DNA from: Candidatus Kapaibacterium sp.
GTDB lineage: Bacteria; Bacteroidota; Ignavibacteria; Kapaibacteriales; UBA2268
Length of the DNA stretch: 64,000 nucleotides
NCBI GenBank assembly: GCA_963665665.1
Contig: OY762428.1
Coordinates: forward strand, 192,001-256,000
Direction of reading: 5' to 3'
Both the position numbers and the translations under genes were made by a program. Every line of letters starts with the position of its first letter. The first letter of the stretch is position 1. The notes below the pieces were generated by a model. The model was not told the DNA's origin. It saw only the letters and a list, made by a program, of their open reading frames with translations, and did no database searches. This document shows, in pieces, positions 39,337 through 49,190 of the stretch.

Positions 39337-40311
39337 ATGAAAAAACTTATATATCCACTCATCATAATTTTCCTTTTAGGATTTTTTATCAATGCCGAGG
39401 AAGATGATTATAAATTTAAAGTTCTCGCAGCCAAAGGAGGAATAAAAATAAGCATGAACAAAGGTAAATGGAAACCTTTGAAAAACAGCATGGTGCTAAA
39501 AGAAAACGACAAAATTAAGCTTTCCGGGAAATCTTATCTCGGCCTGGTTCACGAAAGCGGACGCACAGTGGAACTGGATAAACCAGGAGAATACAGTATT
39601 AATAAACTAAACTCGGAAATACTTAAGAAAAAAGATAAACTTAGTAAGAAACTAACAGAATACATAGTTGATGAAATGTCCGAAGCCGAAGACCTTTTTT
39701 CCGACAGCGACTACCACGAATCGATGGGAATTACCGGTGCTGTGGAAAGATCTTCCGAATTGATAATTAAAAATTATGACAGCGAAGGAAAAATCTCTGA
39801 TCCTGTTGGAAAAGACATGACAATAAGGCTTGTATTTCCTTTTAAAACAAGCATGACAGGCCCGGGCGCAGAATTCAAATGGTACAAATCAGCCACTCTG
39901 AAAGAATATAAATTTACAATCCGCGACAGGTTCGACGAAATCGCATTCAGCAAAATAGTCAGCGATACTTCTATTACAATTAATATTGATGATATTGGCC
40001 TGGAAAGAGGCAGTTACTATTTCTGGAATGTATCTCAGACTCCGGAGCAGATGATAATTTCTCATGATAACGCAGTACTTTTCCTCAGCAAGGAAAAATC
40101 TGAGCAGGTAAAAAATGACCTCCGGAATATTGAAGAGTATTATGGATCAGCTGATTCTCCGATGAAAGAAATTTTAAAAGCTTCGTATTTCGAAAAAAAT
40201 GAACTCTTTATTGAGGCTGACAGAGCTTTCCGAAAAGCTCTGGAAATTCTTCCGGAAACTGAAAATTATGAAAAAATGTATGCTGCTTTCAAATACAGGA
40301 TGACAAGATAG
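39337..40311 (+). CDS. Secreted hypothetical protein (FecR-like N-terminal beta domain, DUF928-like middle, TPR-like C-terminus)
   Basis: Signal peptide; FKVLA.KG...W..L....L...D.I; ITGAVER; F.W...Y.F.I.D; YFWNV; ASYFEKNELF.EA...F.KA. GGAG RBS upstream. Confidence 0.6.
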   Translation: MKKLIYPLIIIFLLGFFINAEEDDYKFKVLAAKGGIKISMNKGKWKPLKNSMVLKENDKIKLSGKSYLGLVHESGRTVELDKPGEYSINKLNSEILKKKDKLSKKLTEYIVDEMSEAEDLFSDSDYHESMGITGAVERSSELIIKNYDSEGKISDPVGKDMTIRLVFPFKTSMTGPGAEFKWYKSATLKEYKFTIRDRFDEIAFSKIVSDTSITINIDDIGLERGSYYFWNVSQTPEQMIISHDNAVLFLSKEKSEQVKNDLRNIEEYYGSADSPMKEILKASYFEKNELFIEADRAFRKALEILPETENYEKMYAAFKYRMTR

Positions 40312-40333
40312 TTTAAATAAAACCGGTGATAAA

Positions 40334-41332
40334 ATGAGAAAGATACTGCCTTTATTTTTGATAATATTTATGGCATTTTCCGTTTCAAATGCTTATGAAT
40401 TTAACGTGCTTGCCCTGAATGGTAAAACCCAGGTAAAAAAAGGGAAAAAATGGATTAACCTGAAATCAGGAGATAAATTAACAAAAAAACAATCAATAAA
40501 AATTGGTAAGAATTCTTATATAGGTATGGTTCATAAAAATGGTACCACCCTGGAGGTCAAAGATAAGGGAACTTATAAAGTCAGCTCGCTCGTAAAAAAA
40601 GTTATTGCCAAAGATGCATCCACAACGAAAAGAATGGCCGATTATGTGATTGAAGAAATGAGCAGCGCCGACGACCTGTTCGAAAAGGATGACTACCATG
40701 GCAGTATGTCAACTCTCGGGTCGGTTGAAAGAGCGGTTGGCGAAGATATAAATGCCCTTGAAAAAGCCGAGGATATTGCAGGTACGGATCATTCAATTAG
40801 CAGCAACCTGAACAGTATAAGTTCTTTAGTTTCCGGTGACGGCTATAATACAATCCAGGCCAGAATGCCCAAAACCTCTTACCTGATAGATTCCAAAGTT
40901 GAATTTTCATGGCAAGGTGGCAATACTGAAAAATATTTCGTCGTGATAAAAGACGACAAGAATAAAATTATTGCAAAAAAAGAAGTCAGGGGTAAGAAAA
41001 CTCCCATAGACCTGCAGGAACTTGGAGTTCAGCCGGGCAAATGTTACTATTGGAAAGTTGAATCCGGAAAAGACAAATCGATTGAAAATTGTATTATGCT
41101 GATGGATAAAAGAACATTTCCGGAATTTTTTGTTGAGTATGATAAAATCAGGAAAAGCACCGGAGAAAAACCCGGAGCCATGGACGAATTAATACTGGCA
41201 GCATTCTTCGAAGATTATAACGTTATGAACCGCGCCTATGCATGCTACAGGAATGCTGTAATTAAATCAGGAAGATCACCCGATATGGAAAAATTATTTG
41301 CATCATACTTAGACAGAATAGGCTGCAGGTAA
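40334..41332 (+). CDS. Secreted hypothetical protein, paralog of 39337..40311
   Basis: Same layout; DYVIEEMSSADDLFEKDDYHGSMSTLGSVER aligns with EYIVDEMSEAEDLFSDSDYHESMGITGAVER. Confidence 0.6.
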   Translation: MRKILPLFLIIFMAFSVSNAYEFNVLALNGKTQVKKGKKWINLKSGDKLTKKQSIKIGKNSYIGMVHKNGTTLEVKDKGTYKVSSLVKKVIAKDASTTKRMADYVIEEMSSADDLFEKDDYHGSMSTLGSVERAVGEDINALEKAEDIAGTDHSISSNLNSISSLVSGDGYNTIQARMPKTSYLIDSKVEFSWQGGNTEKYFVVIKDDKNKIIAKKEVRGKKTPIDLQELGVQPGKCYYWKVESGKDKSIENCIMLMDKRTFPEFFVEYDKIRKSTGEKPGAMDELILAAFFEDYNVMNRAYACYRNAVIKSGRSPDMEKLFASYLDRIGCR

Positions 41333-41468
41333 GCTTTTATTCATAAAAAATTTTCAAAAGATTTCATATCTGCAAATTCTAACGATAAACCATTAAATTT
41401 TAGGGTTTATTGCCATAATTTTTTTTTCTATATTGCATCAAAAATTTATACACAGGAGGCATAAGATT

Positions 41469-42350
41469 ATGGCAACAATTATTGACGGAAAACTTATTTC
41501 TGCGCAAATCAGAGAAGAATTAAAAGAAAAAACAGCGAAACTTAAAGAGGAAAAAGGAATACAGCCGGGCCTGGCAGTACTCCTAATAGGAGAAGATCCC
41601 GCATCGCAGGTATATGTTAGAAGCAAGGCCAAAGCCTGCGAAGACCTCGGATATTATTCCATTGTTGAAAAATGGGAACCGGACGTAAGCGAAGAAGATG
41701 TACTGAACAAAGTTAAAGAATGGAATAACAACAATAAAATCCATGGCATTTTGGTTCAGTTGCCTCTCCCCGGTCATATCGACGAAAATAAAGTAATCAG
41801 AACAATCAGCCCTGATAAAGATGTTGACGGTTTTCATCCTGAAAGTATAGGCCGCCTCGTTATCGGTTTGCCCGGATTTGTTTCCTGTACCCCCGGCGGG
41901 ATTATGGAATTACTAAAGCGTACCGATATTGATATGAAAGGTAAGCATGTGGTTGTTGTCGGGCGCAGCAATATAGTCGGTAAACCAATAGCCAATCTAC
42001 TGTACCAGAAAACTCCTGATGCGAATGCCATTGTAACAATCTGCCATACAGCTGCTAAAGATATTAAGTATTATACAAAACAGGCAGATGTACTTATTGC
42101 CGCTGTTGGCAGGGCAAATATTATTGGAGCAGACCACGTGAAAGACGGTGTTGTAATAATTGATGTTGGTATAAACAGGGTTGAAGACGCAAGCGCAAAG
42201 CGTGGCTACAGGCTTGTTGGCGATGTAAACTTCGCTGAAGTTGAACCGAAAGCTAAAGCTATTACTCCGGTTCCCGGCGGTGTAGGGCCAATGACAATAA
42301 CAATGCTGATGTATAATACATTCAAATCAGCATCAGGTGATTTCAGCTAA
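41469..42350 (+). CDS. folD: Bifunctional methylenetetrahydrofolate dehydrogenase/cyclohydrolase
   Basis: IIDGK, S..YV.SK, HGILVQLPLP, KDVDGFH, CTPGG, GRSNIVGKP, IDVGINR, TPVPGGVGPMT; ATG 41469 follows GGAGG. Confidence 0.97.
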   Translation: MATIIDGKLISAQIREELKEKTAKLKEEKGIQPGLAVLLIGEDPASQVYVRSKAKACEDLGYYSIVEKWEPDVSEEDVLNKVKEWNNNNKIHGILVQLPLPGHIDENKVIRTISPDKDVDGFHPESIGRLVIGLPGFVSCTPGGIMELLKRTDIDMKGKHVVVVGRSNIVGKPIANLLYQKTPDANAIVTICHTAAKDIKYYTKQADVLIAAVGRANIIGADHVKDGVVIIDVGINRVEDASAKRGYRLVGDVNFAEVEPKAKAITPVPGGVGPMTITMLMYNTFKSASGDFS

Positions 42351-42642
42351 AATGTATGCAGCCAAACTAAAAATTAATTAATTGGCAAATAATTGAAATT
42401 GATGTTATTATCATATATTTTTATAAACTACTTTCACGAACCCTTTATGTCAACGACCTGCCGGGATTCAAAGGAATAGCTTTAACCTCTTACCCTTCCT
42501 TTTCAGGGAGGGTTTGGAGGAATTAATTTTGAAAATATTATCAAATACTTTAATTATCAATTATAAATTTTTCGCTCTGCTTCGGGATAAAGATTGAAGC
42601 AAAACAAGGATTAAATTTAATATATTTCAGTACGGAAAAAAG

Positions 42643-43377
42643 ATGAAAAATCAGGATACATACCAAACAATTTTTGAAGATGATGATATTATTGTAATTA
42701 ACAAACCATCCGGGATTCTTTCTATTCCGGACAGATATGATCACACCCTGCCAAGCCTTTATAAAATTCTCGGGGATATTTACGAAAAAATATTTGTTGT
42801 TCACAGGTTGGACAAGGGAACAAGCGGAATTATGGTTTTTGCTAAAAATGCAGAGTCGCACAAAAGCCTGAATGACCAGTTCCAGAACCAGGAAATCACG
42901 AAAATATACCATGCCATACTGAAGGGCAGGATGATAGAAGACAAAATGGAAGTAGATATTCCACTTGCCCACAACCCCAGGAAAGCCGGGCAGATGATCC
43001 CATCGGCAAGAGGCAAGGAATCACTTTCGATAATAAAAATTCTTGAAAGTTTCAGGGCAGCGACCCTTGCGGAAGTAAACCTGATTTCCGGGCGTCAGCA
43101 CCAGCTTCGGGTACACTGCTCGGCCATAGGCAATCCGCTGATAGTTGATGATATTTACGGAGACAGCAGCGAATTTTATGTTTCATCGGTTAAACGCAGG
43201 TTCAACCTGAAAAAAGGAACAGAAGAAAAACCGATCATGAACAGGATATCCATGCACGCCCGAAGCCTGAAGTTTAATCATCCGGAAACCAGTGAGCAAT
43301 TGGAATTCCAGGCGGAATATCCCAAAGATTTTGCCGCTGTGCTCCAGGTATTAAGGAAATATGCTTCTATTGTATAA
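42643..43377 (+). CDS. RluA family pseudouridine synthase
   Basis: NKPSG, VHRLDKGTSG (catalytic Asp), GRQHQLRVH, P.I.D..YG, MHA..L.F.HP. Confidence 0.94.
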   Translation: MKNQDTYQTIFEDDDIIVINKPSGILSIPDRYDHTLPSLYKILGDIYEKIFVVHRLDKGTSGIMVFAKNAESHKSLNDQFQNQEITKIYHAILKGRMIEDKMEVDIPLAHNPRKAGQMIPSARGKESLSIIKILESFRAATLAEVNLISGRQHQLRVHCSAIGNPLIVDDIYGDSSEFYVSSVKRRFNLKKGTEEKPIMNRISMHARSLKFNHPETSEQLEFQAEYPKDFAAVLQVLRKYASIV

Positions 43378-43701
43378 AAGATAATCCGCTATCTTCGCTT
43401 ATAAACCTTTTAAAATATGATAATCCGAAACAATAATTCCGTCGCGGCAAAGCGCCCGGGGCATTTCCGCCCCCGTCCGATGGAAATTATGGGCCTTTGG
43501 ATTCTCAATATTGCCGGGCATAGCAAACTTCATTAATTTTTAAATAAATATTCACCCGGCAAAAGCGATTACCGGCACTTTCGGATAGAAACAGCAATTG
43601 ATAAAATGGATCGACAGGACTAATAGAACGAAATTCAATATCAAAAAAGTAAATTTCTGTGTTTTCTGAGTAAAATTTTACCTGAAAAAATATTTTTGGA
43701 A

Positions 43702-44289
43702 GCACATCCCAACGTTAAGACGGCACATCCCAACGCTAAGACGGCACGCACCAACGTTAAGACGGCACGAACCAACGTTAAGACGGCACATCCCAACGTT
43801 AAGACGACACATACCAAGGCTAAGACGGCACGAACCAAGGCTAAGACGACACAAACCAACGCTAAGACGTAACATACCAAGACTAAGACGTAACATACCA
43901 ACGCTAAGACGGCACATCCCAACGCTAAGATGACACATACCAACGCTAAGACGGCACGAACCAACGCTATGATAACATATATCAGCGATAATCAGGCTCT
44001 GGAGAACGCTCGGAAGGCACGGGGGAATGCTCGGAAAGCTCGGGGGAATGCTCGGGAAGCACGGTGGAAGGCTCGGGAAGCTCGGGGGAACGCTCGGAAA
44101 GCTTGGGGGAACGCTCGGAAAGCTTGGGGGAACGCTCGGAAAGCACGAGGGAAGGCTCGGGAAGCTTGGGGGAACGCTCGGAAAGCTTGGGGGAAGGCTC
44201 GGAAAGCACGAGGGAAGGCTCGGAAAGCACGAGGGAACGCTCGGAAAGCTTGGGGGAATGCTCGGAAAGCTTGGGGGAACGCTCGGAAA
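43702..44289. repeat. Continuous 21-bp-register array of 28 units with two sub-families
   Basis: 13 units of consensus GCACATACCAACGCTAAGACG (43702-43974), one divergent linker unit (43975-43995), 14 units of consensus GCTTGGGGGAACGCTCGGAAA / GCACGAGGGAAGGCTCGGAAA (43996-44289); no indels. Confidence 0.97.
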
Positions 44290-44594
44290 GCATAAAACAG
44301 CGGGTTTCCGGCACAAAAAATTGTTTCCAAAGAACACACCAACGGCATTAAAGCCAATAATATCATACAATTACATTAACAAAAGCCTGTTCAGCAGAAT
44401 TCCTATAGGAGGATGGCCCGCGCCGCCGAAATAAAATTTCAAACAGTGAGAGTTTATTTTACACTTTCTTTAAATATGACGTTGGGATAAATGATTTTTT
44501 GGCATTATATATAGAATAACTTCCGAATATTTGCCGGATTAAGACAGCTTTTATTTGAGAAATCATTCTTTTCGAGAGAAATAGAACAGGCTCC

Positions 44595-44830
44595 CTTCCT
44601 ACCTCCCCCCGGCCCCTTCTTTCATACAATATCTGCAAACAAATATTAAGAATAGACTCTTCATTTCGTTCAGCCTGCCCTCGGCTTGTCGGGGAGTGAC
44701 ATTTTTTTAGATTTAAAAAAATCTAACTTATTTTTCCTTTGTGCTGAATAGTAACATAATTCGGAAGCCCGATTTCACAACACATCTTTTAATAACTTTC
44801 CCAACCCTCTGATCATAAAAGGGTTGGGAT
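44595..44830. repeat. REP/MITE-like fragments shared with the 20.7-22.7 kb cluster
   Basis: CTTCCTACCTCCCCCCGGCCCC (cf. 22495), TTCATACAATATCTGCAAACAAA (cf. 21108, 21397), interrupted right arm CTTCATTTCGTTCA[insert]GAGTGACA, and a TCCCAACCCT...AGGGTTGGGA hairpin at about 44799-44829. Confidence 0.75.
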
Positions 44831-44888
44831 TATAAAATATAACAACAATCAATTTTTTCCAAAATGCATGAAAATTGGATAATCCAAT

Positions 44889-46850
44889 CTACTCTTTTGG
44901 CGTAATCACATAAATCTGTACTGTTCTTGAAAGCTGACGCCCTATTGGCAGGTTATTATCAAAAATCATATTGTTTTCGCCAACCCCCTGAACTTCATAT
45001 TTTTTAGCTTTAACTTTGCCGCTAAGGTAGTCCTTTACAGTTTTTGCCCTTTGTTCGGCCAGTTTCTTATTATAAGATTCGTTACCGATTCTGTCGGAAT
45101 AGCCGTAAATCTGAACTATTGAATTATAACTTATGGCCGGGAGTACATTTTTATCAAGGATATGAATATCTTTGTCAGAAATATCAGCATTATCAAAATC
45201 AAATAATATCAGGCTGAATTTGGAGATTGTTCTGTCGGCGCGGTCTTCAACTTTTTTCCTTGAGAAAGAATAAAAATCAACAGGAACCGAACCGAAAGCA
45301 GTGTTTTCCATATCAGCTATGTTTTCCACATATAATGTGTATTCTACCGGCAGTTCGCTCGCTTTAAGTTCATCAGGCAGAATTACCCATTTTACCGGGC
45401 GAACGTTTCCTGTGCCATTAAATTCACGAATCACGTCGCCGGACTGGGAAATCTCAAGTTTCCATTTTCTAAGTGAATCGGAGCTGTTTACTTTAGGAAC
45501 AAATTCAATCAGGTCAGGTTCAGCCAGAGCCTGGCGTTCACGGTCGATAATAATAGGCTCAAGAATTGAAGGATCATTACTGCTGAATTCAATCCTCCTG
45601 TTTTCTTCAATTCCGTCAGGATCTTTTTGTGCCGAAGGTTTTTCGGGGAGTTCTCCTGCAACTGTTGAAATTCTATCAGGTTTGATACCATAATTTATAA
45701 TAAGATAATTTTTTGCAAATTCTGCTCTTTTTGCTGAAAGATCACTTTCGGAGGATTCATTAGAGCCGTCAACGGTACCGATAATTTTAATCGTAGCATT
45801 GTCATTTACTGCCATTCTTTCGCCGATAATATCCAGGGTATGCATATTTATTTCAAGTGCATCCGCACCCAAAGAGCCAATACTGAAATCACCTGTTTCC
45901 ATTTCGGCAGACAGTGCCTGGTTGTTCTTATCAGGGAAAGGCATATTTTCTTCACAGAAAACGTAAGGTATCATCGGGAAAAGTTCTGTGTACTGAACTT
46001 CTTCAACTTTAATTCTGTCGAGTGGTGCAGTGTTTCCGGCTTTGTCGTAATACCTGACATCATCAAAAGAAACATCAAGAAAATGATCCGGATCCTGTGG
46101 TTTGTCTTCTCCAAGGCCGAATGTGAGGCTTACTCCAAGTCTTAACTGTGGAACTTCCCAGGAATCATAAATATCATTCGAAGATACGCCGCTGAAAGGC
46201 ATTCTGAATGATATTTCAGGAGACAGATAAGTGTTCTCAGAAAGATTGAACACATATCCTGCACCAATATTCAAAGCAACTCTTACGCTTTTGTCTGCTA
46301 TATCAACGCCGGTTTCATTATAAACTAATGGTTCCTGAGAGCCTTCAGTGAGTGTTTCATTATTGTCATACTCTCCGGTTATCGGAATGCCAAATTCCAG
46401 GCCGGTAAGGAAGTAAAGCCTTTTTAGCGGGAGCAGATTATGAAACTGTACTACCGGAGAAACTTCCAGGTAATATAAAGAGGCATCTCTTTCTGCTTTG
46501 TAAGAATATGTATCATTTCCGTCAGTATTTTCTATTGTTGCGCTCATTGTGTTCAGCCCAAGCCGGCCGCTAAGAACGAAATTTTTATCTAACGGATAGT
46601 TTACAATAGCCCCAAGGTTAACACCAAGGCCGTTGGCATTATCAGAGAAAGCCTGGTTCAATAATGGCCTCGTGGTCATTATAGTGTCGGCAGGTACATA
46701 AGGAAAATCCGGGCTGTGCATGTTGTAATTTAGCCCTGCATATACTCCGAAATTCAGCGGCATCGTAAAATCTTCCTCCTCGGCCATTGCCTGCGATGCT
46801 ATAAACCAGACCCCCAGGAAGAAAAGAATTGTCTTCAAGTTTGTTTTCAT
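44889..46850 (-). CDS. OmpA family protein with N-terminal beta-barrel and two OmpA-like peptidoglycan-binding domains
   Basis: Signal peptide; barrel strands; first I.GTVD...LSAKRA...ENRRIE and second LFDFD...GYSDRIG...N.KLA.QRA..V...GRQLSRTV motifs. Confidence 0.85.
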   Translation of the reverse strand: MKTNLKTILFFLGVWFIASQAMAEEEDFTMPLNFGVYAGLNYNMHSPDFPYVPADTIMTTRPLLNQAFSDNANGLGVNLGAIVNYPLDKNFVLSGRLGLNTMSATIENTDGNDTYSYKAERDASLYYLEVSPVVQFHNLLPLKRLYFLTGLEFGIPITGEYDNNETLTEGSQEPLVYNETGVDIADKSVRVALNIGAGYVFNLSENTYLSPEISFRMPFSGVSSNDIYDSWEVPQLRLGVSLTFGLGEDKPQDPDHFLDVSFDDVRYYDKAGNTAPLDRIKVEEVQYTELFPMIPYVFCEENMPFPDKNNQALSAEMETGDFSIGSLGADALEINMHTLDIIGERMAVNDNATIKIIGTVDGSNESSESDLSAKRAEFAKNYLIINYGIKPDRISTVAGELPEKPSAQKDPDGIEENRRIEFSSNDPSILEPIIIDRERQALAEPDLIEFVPKVNSSDSLRKWKLEISQSGDVIREFNGTGNVRPVKWVILPDELKASELPVEYTLYVENIADMENTAFGSVPVDFYSFSRKKVEDRADRTISKFSLILFDFDNADISDKDIHILDKNVLPAISYNSIVQIYGYSDRIGNESYNKKLAEQRAKTVKDYLSGKVKAKKYEVQGVGENNMIFDNNLPIGRQLSRTVQIYVITPKE

Positions 46851-47068
46851 GATAAATTTTCTGATAAATGAAACAAAGAAATTACCTCTTTAATGCTTTT
46901 GCAAAATAATTTATTATAATGTCAGATAAAAATTTATTTCAACATTCCCGTTAATGGCTGGACGCATTAGCAAAAAAAATGTTACATGTATATAAAAGAT
47001 CAAAACATATTCACGGAAAAATCGTAATATTATACAATTAGAATTTTACCATTTTCGGGGAATTAATT

Positions 47069-47749
47069 GTGAAAAAAATTATTATATTATTCAGCCTATT
47101 TGTTGGTTTAAGCTTTTCCGCATATTCTCAGATCGATATTGGCCTCAGGCTTGGCCTATCAACGCCTAACGACAGAATTAATGATGTTTATAACAGTTCA
47201 AATCTGAAGTTTTCAAAAATTATCGACGGAAACTATACCGATGTTTATGGCGATTTAAAAAGAGAAGGGACAAAATCCGGTTACCATATTGGAATGGTTG
47301 GCAGAGTAAGCCTTTCAGATGATTTTGTTTTTGTAGGCGGACTAACATATCATAAGTTCCCGTTGACTGAATTGAAAGTAGAAGACATTGAATCCACGGA
47401 AGATATCGAAAATGCTGTTTACGAGGCGAATCAGAGTTATATTACATTAAATGCAGGTGTAAATTATTATTTTTTAGAACTTATTGTTGATGTTTATGGC
47501 GTTGGTGAATTGCAGTACAACTATCTATCAAGCGATGTAAACCTGATCGACGGCATTGATCTCTTTCCTCCAACAATGAATCCTACCGACAGCAGGGTTG
47601 GGGCAGGCCTGGGTCTGGGTGTTGACCTTGACCTGAAACTTGTAACACTCAACGTAGAGGGTAAGTACAATTTTGCTAACCTCGTTGGAATGGAAGATAC
47701 TGAAAGCTCCAAGAATTACTTCAGCCTTTCATTGTGCGTGTTTATGTAG
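47069..47749 (+). CDS. Outer-membrane beta-barrel (8-stranded, porin-family) protein
   Basis: Signal peptide, IGLRLGL, GYHIG, G.G.GLG, VEGKYNF, aromatic near the C-terminus; GTG start. Confidence 0.75.
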   Translation: MKKIIILFSLFVGLSFSAYSQIDIGLRLGLSTPNDRINDVYNSSNLKFSKIIDGNYTDVYGDLKREGTKSGYHIGMVGRVSLSDDFVFVGGLTYHKFPLTELKVEDIESTEDIENAVYEANQSYITLNAGVNYYFLELIVDVYGVGELQYNYLSSDVNLIDGIDLFPPTMNPTDSRVGAGLGLGVDLDLKLVTLNVEGKYNFANLVGMEDTESSKNYFSLSLCVFM

Positions 47750-47844
47750 CCGTTCGCCAAGATTCGCTCTGCTCATCTTGTCGAATGGATGGGATCTAAG
47801 CGAGGTCCGCAGAGCGAACCGTGTCGAAAAGAGCATTGGAAATA

Positions 47845-47900
47845 TTGACAATTGTACCATAATTTGTATTTTTGGGACAAATAAAAAGAATATGGGACAA
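47845..47900 (+). promoter_or_regulatory. Candidate promoter/operator of the fic gene
   Basis: TTGACA (47845) and TATTTTTG (47867, fits TAnnTTTG); inverted motif TTGTACCA (47852)/TGGGACAA (47873), repeated at 47893. Confidence 0.4.
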
Positions 47901-48971
47901 AATGCACCACATTATCAACTTGAAAAACTTCCTCCTTTGAGAGAAATGGTGGAAACCATTGAGATTCTAAGACAAACGAACAAGTCTACGGCTGCCTTAG
48001 CTGAGTTGAAAGGTATTGCAAAAACAATTCCTAATCAAGGAATGTTGATTAATGCCATAGTTTTGCAGGAAGCAAAAGATAGTTCCGAAATTGAAAATAT
48101 TATTACAACCCAGGATGAGCTTTACAAAGCCTTGACTGTGAATAAAACTCATATATCACCAGAGACAAAAGAAGTTGTAAATTATCGCAAAGCAATATTT
48201 CATGGATATGACATTGCGAAAAATCAAGGATTTTTGAGAGTAAATGATATTGTAGGAATTCAACAAGAATTGGTTGATAACACTGCTGGGATTAGAAGTA
48301 CTTCAGGAACTGTATTGAAAAATGATACAACAGGAGAAATAGTTTATACTCCACCCCAAGACAAAGCAGAAATACTTGACTTGCTGACAAATTTTATTAT
48401 TCATTTTAACCAACAAGATGATTTGTCGCCATTAATAAACTTGGCAATATTACATTACCAATTTGAAAGTATTCACCCATTTTATGACGGAAACGGTAGA
48501 ACTGGTCGGATTTTAAATATCTTGTATTTGATACTTAACGAATTGATTGATGTTCCTATTTTATATTTGAGTTCGTATATAATTGCAAATAAACCAGAAT
48601 ATTATCGATTATTAAATCAGACAAATCGGACAGGTAAATGGGAAGAATGGATAATGTTTATGCTTAAAGCAGTCGAAAGCACATCAATAGACACAATTAA
48701 GAGGATTACAGATATCAAAGACCAACTTGATTCTACAATACTTAAAGTTCAGGAAAAAGCTCCCAAAGTCTATAGAAAAGAACTTGTTGAATTGCTTTTT
48801 GAGCAACCATATTCAAAAATTGAGTTTGTAGTAAATAAATTAGGTGTAGAAAGAAAAGCAGCTTCCCGATATTTAAAAGAACTTGAAGATATTGGAATAG
48901 TAGAATCTCAAAAAATCGGAAGAGAGACTTTATATATAAATAAGGAATTGATAGAAATACTGAAACAATAA
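47892..48971 (+). CDS. Fic family protein (class II, internal inhibitory motif; C-terminal HTH)
   Basis: Catalytic HPFYDGNGRTGR, N-terminal SSEIEN (S/TxxxE[G/N]), C-terminal RKAASRYLKELEDIG. ATG 47892 chosen; the ORF-track start 47673 overlaps the upstream gene. Confidence 0.93.
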   Translation: MGQNAPHYQLEKLPPLREMVETIEILRQTNKSTAALAELKGIAKTIPNQGMLINAIVLQEAKDSSEIENIITTQDELYKALTVNKTHISPETKEVVNYRKAIFHGYDIAKNQGFLRVNDIVGIQQELVDNTAGIRSTSGTVLKNDTTGEIVYTPPQDKAEILDLLTNFIIHFNQQDDLSPLINLAILHYQFESIHPFYDGNGRTGRILNILYLILNELIDVPILYLSSYIIANKPEYYRLLNQTNRTGKWEEWIMFMLKAVESTSIDTIKRITDIKDQLDSTILKVQEKAPKVYRKELVELLFEQPYSKIEFVVNKLGVERKAASRYLKELEDIGIVESQKIGRETLYINKELIEILKQ

Positions 48972-48980
48972 TGCACGAAA

Positions 48981-49109
48981 GCCTAACAATGTATATACAA
49001 AATAGGCGAAGTAGTAGTAAATTCAAGATCTGTAGCCCCTCTAACTGCGTTGCGTTTTGACAGTAAAGAAGCCCGCAATCTGCCCTACTCATACAATTTA
49101 TCGTTACTT
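48981..49109 (+). mobile_element. attC-like recombination site downstream of fic
   Basis: Begins GCCTAAC (RYYYAAC) 9 bp after the stop and ends ..CGTTA (GTT at 49103); internal imperfect arms AATGTAT/ATACAATT and TAGGCGA/TCTGCCCTA; about 129 bp. Confidence 0.6.
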
Positions 49110-49131
49110 AATACCTTCAATCATTCCTCAT

Positions 49132-49164
49132 AAAAATAATGCCCGACGCAGAAAAGCGCCGGGC
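49132..49164 (-). terminator. Intrinsic terminator after sucC
   Basis: GCCCGACGC-AGAAAA-GCGCCGGGC stem with an A-rich flank on +. Confidence 0.7.
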
Positions 49165-49190
49165 TTCGTCTTAACGAACTATTAAGGCTG

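Noticed and set aside
42430-42525. Possible 6S or other ncRNA between folD and the RluA gene
   Set aside because: No recognisable family structure; the GC-rich part matches the local CCCTCC/GGAGGGTTTGG REP-like hairpin.
21701-44289. CRISPR or DGR interpretation of the arrays
   Set aside because: No unique spacers between repeats, no cas or reverse transcriptase gene in the window, and variation is not adenine-specific.
43641-44434. Seven overlapping low-complexity ORFs (GNARKAW, FPSVPPS, RAFPQAF etc.)
   Set aside because: These are translations of the 21-bp array in multiple frames; the heptad frame has in-frame TAA at 43870 and 43891.
47673-47891. N-terminal extension of the Fic ORF in the ORF track
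   Set aside because: It overlaps the upstream barrel gene and crosses a hairpin and promoter-like sequence; ATG 47892 is more plausible.
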